Source: an uncultured Chloroflexia bacterium
GTDB lineage: Bacteria; Chloroflexota; Limnocylindria; Limnocylindrales; CSP1-4
NCBI GenBank assembly: GCA_963707215.1
Contig: CAVPPB010000002.1
Location: forward strand, 192,001-256,000
DNA: 64,000 nt
Direction of reading: 5' to 3'
In this document: piece after piece, positions 47,993-55,830 of the stretch
Position numbering within the stretch: the stretch's first letter is position 1
Layout: each line of letters opens with the position of its first letter
Notes under the pieces: model-generated
The model's database searches: none
What the model was told of the DNA's origin: nothing
What the model saw: the letters and a program-made list of their open reading frames with translations, nothing else
Program-made: the position numbers and the translations under genes

Positions 47993-48757
47993 GTGACGAC
48001 GACGGCGTTGGGGGCGAACACGGAGCGAGCAGATGGACCGGGGGTGTCGCCGGGGGGCGAGCCGGACGGCGCCGGGGGCGACGGCCCGGCTCGCGGGCTC
48101 GATGACCGCATCACAGTCGCACGACTCGATCCATCGAGCTATCGAGACGCCCTTGACGTTCTTGCCCTGAGCTGGACGGACGAGCCAGCGTTCAGCCACG
48201 TCCTGGGAGGCACTCCGCGTCGCCGGCTGCGGGTGCTCAGACCGTTCCTCTGGACCGGGTTCCGGAGCTATCCGGGCGCCATCGAGGTCCACGGGGCGAG
48301 ACTCGATGGCCGGCTGGTGGGCGTCGGCGTTCGGTACCCACCGGGGCGGTGGCCGGTCACCCGCCGTGAGGAGATACGCGGCTGGGTATGGGGGATCCTC
48401 GGGATGCTCCCCATGCTCGTCGCATTCCCGCAGGCACGTCGCCTCTTCGGCCCGCTGGGCGACCTCCAGGGTCGCCACCCGCGTGACACGCCCCACTGGT
48501 ACTTGTGGTTGATGGGGGTGCACCCGTCGTTCCGCCGCCGGGGTGTCGCGTCGGCGCTCGCGCGGTTCGTCACGGGCCAGGCCGACGCCGCTGGCGTCGG
48601 CTGCTACACGGAGACGCTCGGCGACGGGACGGAGGCCCTCTACCGAGGCTTCGGCTTCGAGGTCCGGGAGCGCTGGGAGATGATTCCCGGCGCGCCGATG
48701 GCCCGGACGATGTGGCGCGCGCCCCGGCGGCGCGAGCCCGTCTCGGACTCAGGCTGA
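47993..48757 (+). CDS. GNAT acetyltransferase
   Basis: HWYLWLMGVHP.FRRRGVA, YTET, LYRGFGF; GGAGG RBS before GTG. Confidence 0.88.
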   Translation: MTTTALGANTERADGPGVSPGGEPDGAGGDGPARGLDDRITVARLDPSSYRDALDVLALSWTDEPAFSHVLGGTPRRRLRVLRPFLWTGFRSYPGAIEVHGARLDGRLVGVGVRYPPGRWPVTRREEIRGWVWGILGMLPMLVAFPQARRLFGPLGDLQGRHPRDTPHWYLWLMGVHPSFRRRGVASALARFVTGQADAAGVGCYTETLGDGTEALYRGFGFEVRERWEMIPGAPMARTMWRAPRRREPVSDSG

Positions 48758-48855
48758 CGGCGTCGCACGCCGATCTCGTCGAGGCCGGAGCGGGGAAACA
48801 GCGAAACCTCGAACCCGCCGCTCCTCTCGCGGACCTGGTACGGACACGGGGCCAT

Positions 48856-48893
48856 TGGCGCGCCCGGAGGGCTGTGGACGCGCAGGACCAACA
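48856..48893 (-). repeat. att-like site: tRNA 3' end (16/16) plus arm
   Basis: TGGCGCGCCCG-gagggctg-TGGACGCGCAGGACCAACA. Confidence 0.85.
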
Positions 48894-48924
48894 AGCGCTG
48901 CTTGAGAACGCATGGCTCGGGCAG

Positions 48925-49115
48925 GCGTGACAATCCAGGCGCGCCACGTTCCCGTCGTAAAGCTCGCCGAGGAGCACCAAGCGCTCGGGGTCGGTCCCGT
49001 GGTCGGCAGCGTGTGCCACCGCGTACGACACGCGCGGCGAGGGCACCGTTCCGCTCGGCGACGAGCAGCCCTCGAGCACGAGCGCCGCGACGCACAGCGG
49101 CATGACCGGGTTCAT
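48925..49115 (-). pseudogene. Possible esterase lipoprotein remnant
   Basis: Lipobox-like LEGC, then AHAADHGTDPERLVLLGELYDGNVA resembling a decayed DP.R..L.GxSxGG. Confidence 0.4.
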
Positions 49116-49198
49116 CGGCGCCGACGCCGCCGTGGGGTCGGGTCATCCGGATGACGATCCCGGGACTTCCGGCCCTGCCGCATGCCACACGATATTCA

Positions 49199-49210
49199 GT
49201 AATACATTAC
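49199..49210. promoter_or_regulatory. MarR-type operator palindrome
   Basis: GTAAT-ac-ATTAC directly before ATG 49213. Confidence 0.55.
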
Positions 49211-49212
49211 GC

Positions 49213-49710
49213 ATGCAGCACGAGACAACGGACCCATCGCCCGATCCGCGCCCCGTCGCCTTCGGCACCGTCTTCATCGTCGCGCACCACCTCGACCTGC
49301 TCGGCGATGTCGCCCTGGCCCCGCTCGGGCTCACGACCAAGCAGTGGCTCCTGCTCGCCGTCATCGAGCGGGCCTTCGCGGGGCACCACCCGACGCTGAG
49401 CGAGGCGGCGGCCGCGTATGGGAGCTCCCGCCAGAATGTCAAGGCGATGGCGCGGGCCCTCGAGGCCGCGGGCTACCTGCGGCTCGTGCCCGACGCGGTC
49501 GACGGCAGGGCCACCCGGCTCGAGCCGACCGCCCGCCTCGAGGTGTTCGCGACACCGGAGTGGAAGGCCCGCGAGGCGGCGTTCTTCGAGTTCGCCTTCG
49601 GTGGCCTCCCCGCGGAGGACGTGGCCAGCCTCGCCGACCTCCTGCAGCGCTGGCTCGCCGCGGTGGCCGCCATGCCGAACGTTGCCACGCGAGTGAAGGG
49701 AGCGAAATGA
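49213..49710 (+). CDS. MarR-family regulator
   Basis: GLTTKQWLLL, SSRQNVK...LE..GY, D..DGRA. Confidence 0.88.
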   Translation: MQHETTDPSPDPRPVAFGTVFIVAHHLDLLGDVALAPLGLTTKQWLLLAVIERAFAGHHPTLSEAAAAYGSSRQNVKAMARALEAAGYLRLVPDAVDGRATRLEPTARLEVFATPEWKAREAAFFEFAFGGLPAEDVASLADLLQRWLAAVAAMPNVATRVKGAK

Positions 49711-50114
49711 TCGTCCGACTGCTGGCGGCCGCCCTGCTGGCGGCTCACGGCCTCATCCACCTGATTGGGTTCCTCGTGCCCTGGCAGATCGCCCAGGTGG
49801 AGGGCTTCGCGTACCGGACGACGGCACTCGGCGGGAGCGTGGAGCTCGGCACGATCGGAGCGCAGCTCGTCGGCCTCGCCTGGCTCGCGATCGCGGTCGG
49901 CTTCGTCGTCGCCGCGGTCGGTGTCTGGCGCCGGTCTGCGTGGGCGCTCGGGCTGACCGGCGCGCTCGCGATCGCGTCCCTCCTCGTCTGCGTCCTCGGA
50001 CTGCCCGAGACGGTGGCCGGGATCGTCGTGAACGTGGCGATCCTCGCGGCTGCGGCCTGGCTGGCGCTATTCCGGGGGCGCGTGACTGCCCCGGCGACCG
50101 GCGGAGGGCGGTGA
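49707..50114 (+). CDS. Membrane protein (about 4 TM)
   Basis: HGLIHLIGF motif; ATGA-coupled to MarR. Confidence 0.75.
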   Translation: MIVRLLAAALLAAHGLIHLIGFLVPWQIAQVEGFAYRTTALGGSVELGTIGAQLVGLAWLAIAVGFVVAAVGVWRRSAWALGLTGALAIASLLVCVLGLPETVAGIVVNVAILAAAAWLALFRGRVTAPATGGGR

Positions 50115-50908
50115 TGGCACGACCCGTCTCGAAGGCCCGATTCGGGGAGCTCGTCGAGGCCGAGTTCGCGGCCCAGCCGCTCACGCCGTCATCGACGCTC
50201 GCCGAGGAGGACCTGGCGCCCCTGCCCGCTCCCGTCCAGCGCTACGTCCGCGCCTCCGGTGCCGTCGGCCGGCCGCGGCCGCGCAACGTCCGGATCGAGT
50301 TCGATGCCGTCATGCGGCGCAAGCCGGGCGATCAGGGGATGGCCGCGACGTCCGTCCAGTACAACTTCTTCGATCGGCCGGCGCGGCTCTTCTTCATGAC
50401 GGCCCGGATGCACGCGCTGCCGGTGCAGGCCCTCCACGTCTACCGGCTCGAGGAGGCCACCTTCACTGTTCGCGTCGCCTCCCTGGTGAACATGGTCGAC
50501 CAGCATGGCCCGGAGATCAGCCGGGCCGAGACGGTGACCGTCCTCAACGACCTCTGCGTGTTCGCGCCGGGCGCGCTCGTCGACCCCCGGCTCAGCTGGC
50601 AGCCGATCGACGACCGGAGCGCCGCCGTGACGTTCACGAACGGCCCGCACCGTGTCTCGGCAACGCTCCTCTTCGGCGAACACGGCGAGCTGGTCGACTT
50701 CTGGTCGGACGATCGGCCCGACAGCAGCAGTGGCCGCTTCGTGCCGATGCGCTGGAGCACGCCCGTCGGCGATCATCGCGAGGTCGGCGGCCTCCGCCTG
50801 CCGACGCGGGGCAGCACCATCTACGCCCGTCCGGATGGCCCGTTCACCTACGGCGAGTTCACGCTGCGCTCGCTCGCCTGCGATGTCCCCGGACCGCACG
50901 GCGGGTAG
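50114..50908 (+). CDS. DUF6544-like protein
   Basis: DL.PLP.PVQRY, QYNF...P.R.F, ETVTVLND, WSTP. Confidence 0.75.
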   Translation: MARPVSKARFGELVEAEFAAQPLTPSSTLAEEDLAPLPAPVQRYVRASGAVGRPRPRNVRIEFDAVMRRKPGDQGMAATSVQYNFFDRPARLFFMTARMHALPVQALHVYRLEEATFTVRVASLVNMVDQHGPEISRAETVTVLNDLCVFAPGALVDPRLSWQPIDDRSAAVTFTNGPHRVSATLLFGEHGELVDFWSDDRPDSSSGRFVPMRWSTPVGDHREVGGLRLPTRGSTIYARPDGPFTYGEFTLRSLACDVPGPHGG

Positions 50909-50952
50909 CCACGCCGCGCATGCTCTCCCGGACACACCTCACGGGGGACCCA

Positions 50953-51399
50953 GTGGACATCCTCTCGGCCGCGATCATCATCTTCGCCGTCATCGAGACG
51001 CTCAACGTCGGCATCCTCTACTTCCGTCCCGGCACGCGCGTGGGCAACGGGATGGGCGTGTTCAACGCCTATCGGACGTCGGAAGCCGACCCGGAGACGC
51101 GCGAGCTCGTCCGCTACCTGGTCAACTGGGTGGCCGGCACCAAGCTCATCTTCGTGGGCCTGCTCGCCGTGATCGTCCTCACGGGCAGCCAGACGACGAA
51201 GGCGTTCGCGGTCATGGCCCTGATCCTCTCGATCCTCTCGTTCTTCTGGCGCCTGTTCCCGGGGATCGTTCGTCTCGACCGGGACGGTCAGATCACCCCG
51301 AGCGGGTACTCGAGGACGCTGGGGATCATGATCGCGTGCTTCGTCGGGGGATTGGCCGCAGCGTTGGTCGTGTCCCTCGCGTTCGGTTCCGGCGGCTGA
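50953..51399 (+). CDS. Hypothetical membrane protein
   Basis: Hydrophobic helices, YLVNWVAGTKLIF, strong GC3 bias. Confidence 0.7.
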   Translation: MDILSAAIIIFAVIETLNVGILYFRPGTRVGNGMGVFNAYRTSEADPETRELVRYLVNWVAGTKLIFVGLLAVIVLTGSQTTKAFAVMALILSILSFFWRLFPGIVRLDRDGQITPSGYSRTLGIMIACFVGGLAAALVVSLAFGSGG

Positions 51400-51477
51400 C
51401 GAGGCCGCTGCCTCACGCAACCCGACGCGGAGCGCGGCCCTTCGGCCCGAGCTCGCGACCTTCGCCCCTCGCCGGGA

Positions 51478-51666
51478 GCGCAGCTCCCGTCAACGGCGAC
51501 AGGCTGTGCCTCGAGCACACGATGTTCAGCCAGACGGTGTTCGGGGACGCCGGCCCCCTGGGCTTCACGCTCGTGGGCGAGTGGGATGCTGTCGGCGGCA
51601 CGGGGCGGTTCGCCCATGCGACGGGACACGGCACGCTGGACGGGGCTGGTGACATCCCCGACGGAC
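51478..51666 (+). pseudogene. Internal fragment of a beta-barrel secreted-type protein
   Basis: NGDRL...GEW..VGGTGRFAHATG.G motif without a proper start. Confidence 0.45.
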
Positions 51667-51859
51667 GGGGACGTTGGGCCTTCCTGACGGCCTCGCGGCG
51701 TTCAACTTCACGGGCGGGACGCGTACGATGCATCGGACCGCTCGATGAAGCCGCAGGACCGAGGGCTCATCCCCCGGTCGCGTTACGCATCGTCAGGGGC
51801 CTCAATCGCGCTGTCGCTCTCGACCAGCTGCCCGCGATGGCACGGCTCCTGACCGCGTC

Positions 51860-51892
51860 CAGGTGTCGCCGATGTCGCGACGCAGGTGTCGC
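51860..51892. mobile_element. IS481-type subterminal repeat remnant
   Basis: 30/33 identical to 55596-55628. Confidence 0.75.
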
Positions 51893-51927
51893 TCGAGCCC
51901 CACGGCGTCAGGCGCGCAGGAGCAATA
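51893..51927 (-). repeat. Degenerate att-like site (right arm retained)
   Basis: GGCGCGCAGGAGCAATA matches the arm consensus GGCGCGCAGGAACAACA. Confidence 0.5.
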
Positions 51928-52173
51928 CGGGCGACGGATCGGGCCCGCCGGGGCGCGGCACGAGATGAACCGCCCCGGGTTCGTCGCGGACCGGGATCGC
52001 TGAGTCGCGGGTGCGCGACCGGAGGCCGTTCGCCCGCCCCGACCCATCCACGCACTCCGCCAGGGCGAAGGTCAGACGAGAGCAGCCGGGCGCCCTCCGG
52101 GCGTCGTGGCCTGGCGAGCAGGGGCGATGTCCCGAAGCTCGGTCCAGCGGAACACGTGAAGGTGAGTGCCACG

Positions 52174-52740
52174 GTGGGTGAGACGATCAAGATCCTGATC
52201 CTCGCGGGCAGTCTCCGCCGGGGCTCGTACAACCGGGCGCTGGCGCGTGCTGCTGCGCAGCTCGCACCGAGCGGCGTGGCCACCGCGACGTTCGATGGGC
52301 TCGGCGCCCTCCCGTTCTACGACGGGGACGTCGAGGACGAAGGTCTGCCCGCGAGCGTCAGTGCGCTGCGGCGGGCGATCGTGGAAGCCGACGCGCTGCT
52401 CCTCGCGACCCCCGAGTACAACGGCGCCACGAGTGGGGTCCTCAAGAACGCCCTCGACTGGGCCTCCCGCGGGCCCGACAGGATCCTCGCCCGAAAGCCC
52501 GTCGCGGTCATGGGCGCGTCGACCGGGGCGAGTGGTGCGAGAGGTGGGATCGAGTCGGTCGTGCGGATCATGACCCGCGTGCGTTCGGAGGTGGTCGGTC
52601 ACCTCGTCGCCGTTCCGTTCGCGGCGCAGGCGTTCGACGACGACCTGGCCCTGCGGGACCCGGAGATTCGCACCGAGGTCGCCGAGCTGGTCGCCGAGCT
52701 CGCCGGTCGCGCTCGCAGCAGCACCGCTCTCGCCGCCTGA
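52174..52740 (+). CDS. NADPH-dependent FMN reductase
   Basis: GSLRRGSYN, TPEYN, LKNALDW, KPV. Confidence 0.92.
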   Translation: MGETIKILILAGSLRRGSYNRALARAAAQLAPSGVATATFDGLGALPFYDGDVEDEGLPASVSALRRAIVEADALLLATPEYNGATSGVLKNALDWASRGPDRILARKPVAVMGASTGASGARGGIESVVRIMTRVRSEVVGHLVAVPFAAQAFDDDLALRDPEIRTEVAELVAELAGRARSSTALAA

Positions 52741-52792
52741 CGGGCTGCCTCGCAGCAGGGCCGCGGAGCGTGAGCGGTGCTACCGTCGCCGC

Positions 52793-53239
52793 ATGAGTGG
52801 CACCGCGGCGCCCCACCGGTCGTCGCTTCCTCGGACCATCGCACGGGTGGCCCTGGGGTTGGTCCTGCTGGTCGCCGGCATCGCCCATCTCACCTTCGGC
52901 CGCGAGGAGTTCACCGCGCAGGTCCCGGACTGGCTGCCGGTGGCCGACGACCTCGTCGTCGTCGGGTCGGGTGTCGTCGAGCTCGCACTCGGCGCGTCCC
53001 TCATCGCCCTGCCGCGCCATCGGGTCGCCGTGGGCTGGCTGTCGGCAGCGTTCCTCGTCGCGATCTTCCCGGGGAACATCGCCCAGTACGTGAACCAGGT
53101 CGACGCCTTCGGGCTCACCAGCGACGGGGCGCGAGCGGCCCGCCTGGTCCTCCAGCCGCTTCTCGTCCTGTGGGCTCTCTGGTCGACGGATGCATGGCGC
53201 GACCGGGCAATGCTCTGGAGAGTGGTTGGCGGCCCGTGA
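52793..53239 (+). CDS. DoxX-like membrane protein
   Basis: AGIAH, QVP.WLP, SGVVE, IFPGNI, RL..QP. Confidence 0.85.
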   Translation: MSGTAAPHRSSLPRTIARVALGLVLLVAGIAHLTFGREEFTAQVPDWLPVADDLVVVGSGVVELALGASLIALPRHRVAVGWLSAAFLVAIFPGNIAQYVNQVDAFGLTSDGARAARLVLQPLLVLWALWSTDAWRDRAMLWRVVGGP

Positions 53240-53265
53240 TAGGCGGAGGTGCCGGCCGGCGGCTT

Positions 53266-53282
53266 TGTCGCGACGCATGACA
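53266..53282. mobile_element. IS481-type terminus
   Basis: TGTCGCGACGCATGACA, 16/17 identical to 55632-55648, also 1 nt before the tRNA-end copy. Confidence 0.8.
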
Positions 53283-53283
53283 A

Positions 53284-53321
53284 TGGCGCGCCCGGAGGGC
53301 ATCGGGCACGCAGGAACAACA
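53284..53321 (-). repeat. att-like site: tRNA 3' end (16/16) plus arm
   Basis: TGGCGCGCCCG-gagggcat-CGGGCACGCAGGAACAACA. Confidence 0.88.
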
Positions 53322-53516
53322 ACGGCCACGCTCCTGTTCAACGATGGCCCCTGCTCCTCCCGAGTGGCCCGCTCTGATAGGGATAGACCCCAGATCGCTT
53401 GTCCGTCAGCCGCTCGGTTGATATTCGGGTCTGGACGGCCAGTGGCGACGGGTGGTTCAAGCGGTGGAACGGGACCCGCCCCAGGACCGCGAGATCGACC
53501 AGCCGGCCCGACGTCG

Positions 53517-53708
53517 CTAGCTGTCGTCCGAGCCCTGCTCCGATTGCCAGAATCCGAGGCCAAGGACGACGAAGACGACGCACAGGACGATGAACGCCGC
53601 GTTGGCCGCGATGGCCCCAGTGTCGCCAACGAATCCAGCGACTCCCGCGATCAGAAAGCACAGTGCGGCGATCAAGTACATCACCGCTGCTCTACGCCGA
53701 GCCTTCAA
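53517..53708 (-). CDS. Small two-TM membrane protein
   Basis: AAAGGAGG RBS before TTG; two hydrophobic helices; locally lower GC. Confidence 0.55.
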   Translation of the reverse strand: MKARRRAAVMYLIAALCFLIAGVAGFVGDTGAIAANAAFIVLCVVFVVLGLGFWQSEQGSDDS

Positions 53709-53801
53709 GCCAATTCCTCCTTTCGCAGTAGTTGTGCAGGTTGGGCGGTCATCTCCAGAGCTCGCCCCCAGGGCCCCACGACCACATGACCTCTGAACAC
53801 G

Positions 53802-53852
53802 TGCCGATGGCCATCTGAAGGTCCCCGCCTGTGGCCAAGAGAAGTCCCCACC
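53802..53852. mobile_element. IS21-like end remnant
   Basis: TG start, then TGGCCA...GAAG(G)TCCCC repeated twice, resembling IS21 subterminal repeats. Confidence 0.45.
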
Positions 53853-53904
53853 GGGCGACGGCGTCGTGGACGGCGGCCCAGGCGACGATGCCGTGGGAAC
53901 TCGC

Positions 53905-54225
53905 TCAGTCGGGCAGGCCCGCAAGCGCTTCGTGCATCGCGGTCCGGTAGCGGCGGAACGCAGCTCGCCCTTCGTCGGTGAGCGAAACCATCGAGTGCGG
54001 CTTCTTTCCCCTATAGCCCTTCTCGATCGCCACGTAGCCCGCGGTCTCGAGCTTGGTCAGACTGGTAGACAGATTGCCCCACGTCAGTCCGGTCTGGTTG
54101 ATCAGCCAGGTGAAGTCGGCCGCATCCAGGACGGCCAGCTCGATCAGCAGGCGCAATCGTGCCGGCGAGTGGATCACGGGATCGATCTCCTCGAGCGGAT
54201 GAGCGCCCGGATCGCTACTGGTCAT
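53905..54225 (-). CDS. Winged-helix regulator (HTH_34/ArsR-like)
   Basis: DPVIHSPARL, LTWGNLS..L.KLE.AGY, LT.EGR.AF..Y. Confidence 0.88.
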   Translation of the reverse strand: MTSSDPGAHPLEEIDPVIHSPARLRLLIELAVLDAADFTWLINQTGLTWGNLSTSLTKLETAGYVAIEKGYRGKKPHSMVSLTDEGRAAFRRYRTAMHEALAGLPD

Positions 54226-54856
54226 GCAGTTCTCCGGCCGCCTCTGGGGCCGCCCGATGCGTTCTGGCCAGCAGGCGAGCGAATTGGGTCACGCCGATGC
54301 TCGCGACCACCACGGCCGCCACTCCGAAGGTCACCGGCCAGCCGTGGTGCGCGGCGTAGCCCTCACGGAACAGCCATTCCCCGATGACCACCGCCGCCGC
54401 GAACATGAGCCCATAGAGGTACAGCCGCGGCGTGTCCAGGTAGTAGGCCGCCGTCGAGAAGAGCACGAGCCAGATCAGCATGAACATGATCGTTGGCGCG
54501 TAGCCGGCCGACGGGCTCAGGAGGAAGGCGATCAACCCTCCCCCGAGGGCGATGACGTTGACCGCCAGCATGAGCAGCATGAACGTCCGAAGGCGTCGCT
54601 GCCGGTAGTCGCCGACGCGCACGATGCCAACTCGGGAGACCAGCAGCCGACTCCGGACCAGCTTGATCAGCAGGTACGCACCTCCCACCACAGGGACCAG
54701 GATCGCCGAGCTCCAGAAGTCGCCCAGCGACTCGCTCAGCAGCAGGATGAGGGCGAAACCCGCCAAGAAGCAGGCGAGCAACACGTCCCACAATCCGTCG
54801 TCGTAGGCGTTGCGGAACGCCCTGCGCTCCGCCTGTCCGAGATCGGTGAGTGTCAT
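54215..54856 (-). CDS. Membrane protein
   Basis: Y.DGLWD, several TM helices; GAGGAG RBS; overlaps regulator start. Confidence 0.8.
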   Translation of the reverse strand: MTLTDLGQAERRAFRNAYDDGLWDVLLACFLAGFALILLLSESLGDFWSSAILVPVVGGAYLLIKLVRSRLLVSRVGIVRVGDYRQRRLRTFMLLMLAVNVIALGGGLIAFLLSPSAGYAPTIMFMLIWLVLFSTAAYYLDTPRLYLYGLMFAAAVVIGEWLFREGYAAHHGWPVTFGVAAVVVASIGVTQFARLLARTHRAAPEAAGELHDQ

Positions 54857-54872
54857 GGTCGCACTCCTCAAG

Positions 54873-54921
54873 AGTACTTTGCAGGTCAAAGTACTTTAGC
54901 CTCCTACGCCTGGCATGTCAA
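54873..54921 (-). promoter_or_regulatory. Promoter with perfect 9-bp inverted-repeat operator
   Basis: Minus TTGACA-17 nt-TAAAGT; AGTACTTTG-caggt-CAAAGTACT at 54873-54895. Confidence 0.75.
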
Positions 54922-55648
54922 GCCGGCCACCGGGACGGCGGCGACGACGTGGTGGCCACGTTCAGCGCGGCAGGCGAGGAGCACGGGTGGCCCGCCGCCC
55001 CGCTCACCGACACCGGCGCGGTCTACACGTCGCGCTTCACCGGGGGCCGCAACGGCTTCGAGTACCTGCTCGCCTACCTCGGCATCCGCCAGAAGAACGG
55101 GACGCCGGGCCATCCCCAGACCCAGGGCAAGAACGAGCGCTTCCGCCAGACCCTCAAGCGCTGGCTCGAGAACCAGCCGGCGGCGCGGACCCTGGGCGAG
55201 CTCCAGACCCAGCTCGACGCCTTCTGCCTCGCCTACAACGAGCAGCGGCCGCACCGGGCGGTCGGCCGGATGACGCCCGGCGAGGCGTACCGGGCGACGC
55301 CCACGACGATGGTCGCCGGGAGCCGCGCCGGCCACTTCCGTCTCCGCTACGACGTGACCGACGGGAAGGGCGCGATCACCCTGCGCCGGGCCGGCCGCCT
55401 GCACCACCTCAACATCGGCGCGGCTCATGCCCGTCAGCGGGTCCTGGCCATCGTCGACGAGCACGAGGTCACGGTCGTCGCCCTCGACACCGGCGAGGTC
55501 CTGTCCAGCCACCTCATCGAGCCGGACCGCCGGTACTGGCGCAACCAACGAAGAGACCCCGGCCGATGGCCGAGGTCTCCAGCGACCGGGTGACGCATGT
55601 GTCGCCGATGTCGCGACTCATGTGTCGCACATGTCGCGACTCATGACA
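54922..55648 (+). mobile_element. 5'-truncated IS481-family element (transposase C-terminal part to 55593, right end)
   Basis: LTDTG, PGHPQTQGKNERF, YNEQRPH..GRMTP; two 23-nt subterminal repeats, terminal ACA. Confidence 0.85.
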
Positions 55649-55649
55649 C

Positions 55650-55726
55650 TGGCGCGCCCGGAGGGATTCGAACCCCCGACCCTCTGATCCGAAGTCAGAT
55701 GCTCTGATCCACTGAGCTACGGGCGC
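55650..55726 (-). tRNA. tRNA-Arg (anticodon TCG)
   Basis: 77-nt cloverleaf, GCGCCCG/CGGGCGC acceptor, TCTGA-CTTCGGA-TCAGA anticodon arm, GGTTCGAATCC, encoded CCA. Confidence 0.97.
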
Positions 55727-55830
55727 GCGGCCCGGAGATGATACCGCGCGACCCGCCGATCCCGGCAGCGACCGAGCCCGGAGCTGGCGCACCGCCCCGG
55801 GTATCGTCTCCGGATGCACGTGCGCTTGGC

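Larger units (their letters stand above)
32927..55665. mobile_element. Tandem tRNA-Arg-anchored island / cassette array without recombinase
   Basis: Multiple direct copies of the tRNA 3' end between accessory modules; IS481 and IS21 remnants; left boundary uncertain. Confidence 0.7.

Noticed and set aside
34000-53321. Repeats as CRISPR repeats or integron attC sites
   Set aside because: Spacing is kilobases; no GTTRRRY/RYYYAAC ends and no intI; sequence matches the tRNA 3' end
54850-54921. ORF-track start for the transposase
   Set aside because: This stretch is the promoter/operator of the divergent gene; the transposase lacks its HTH and first Asp
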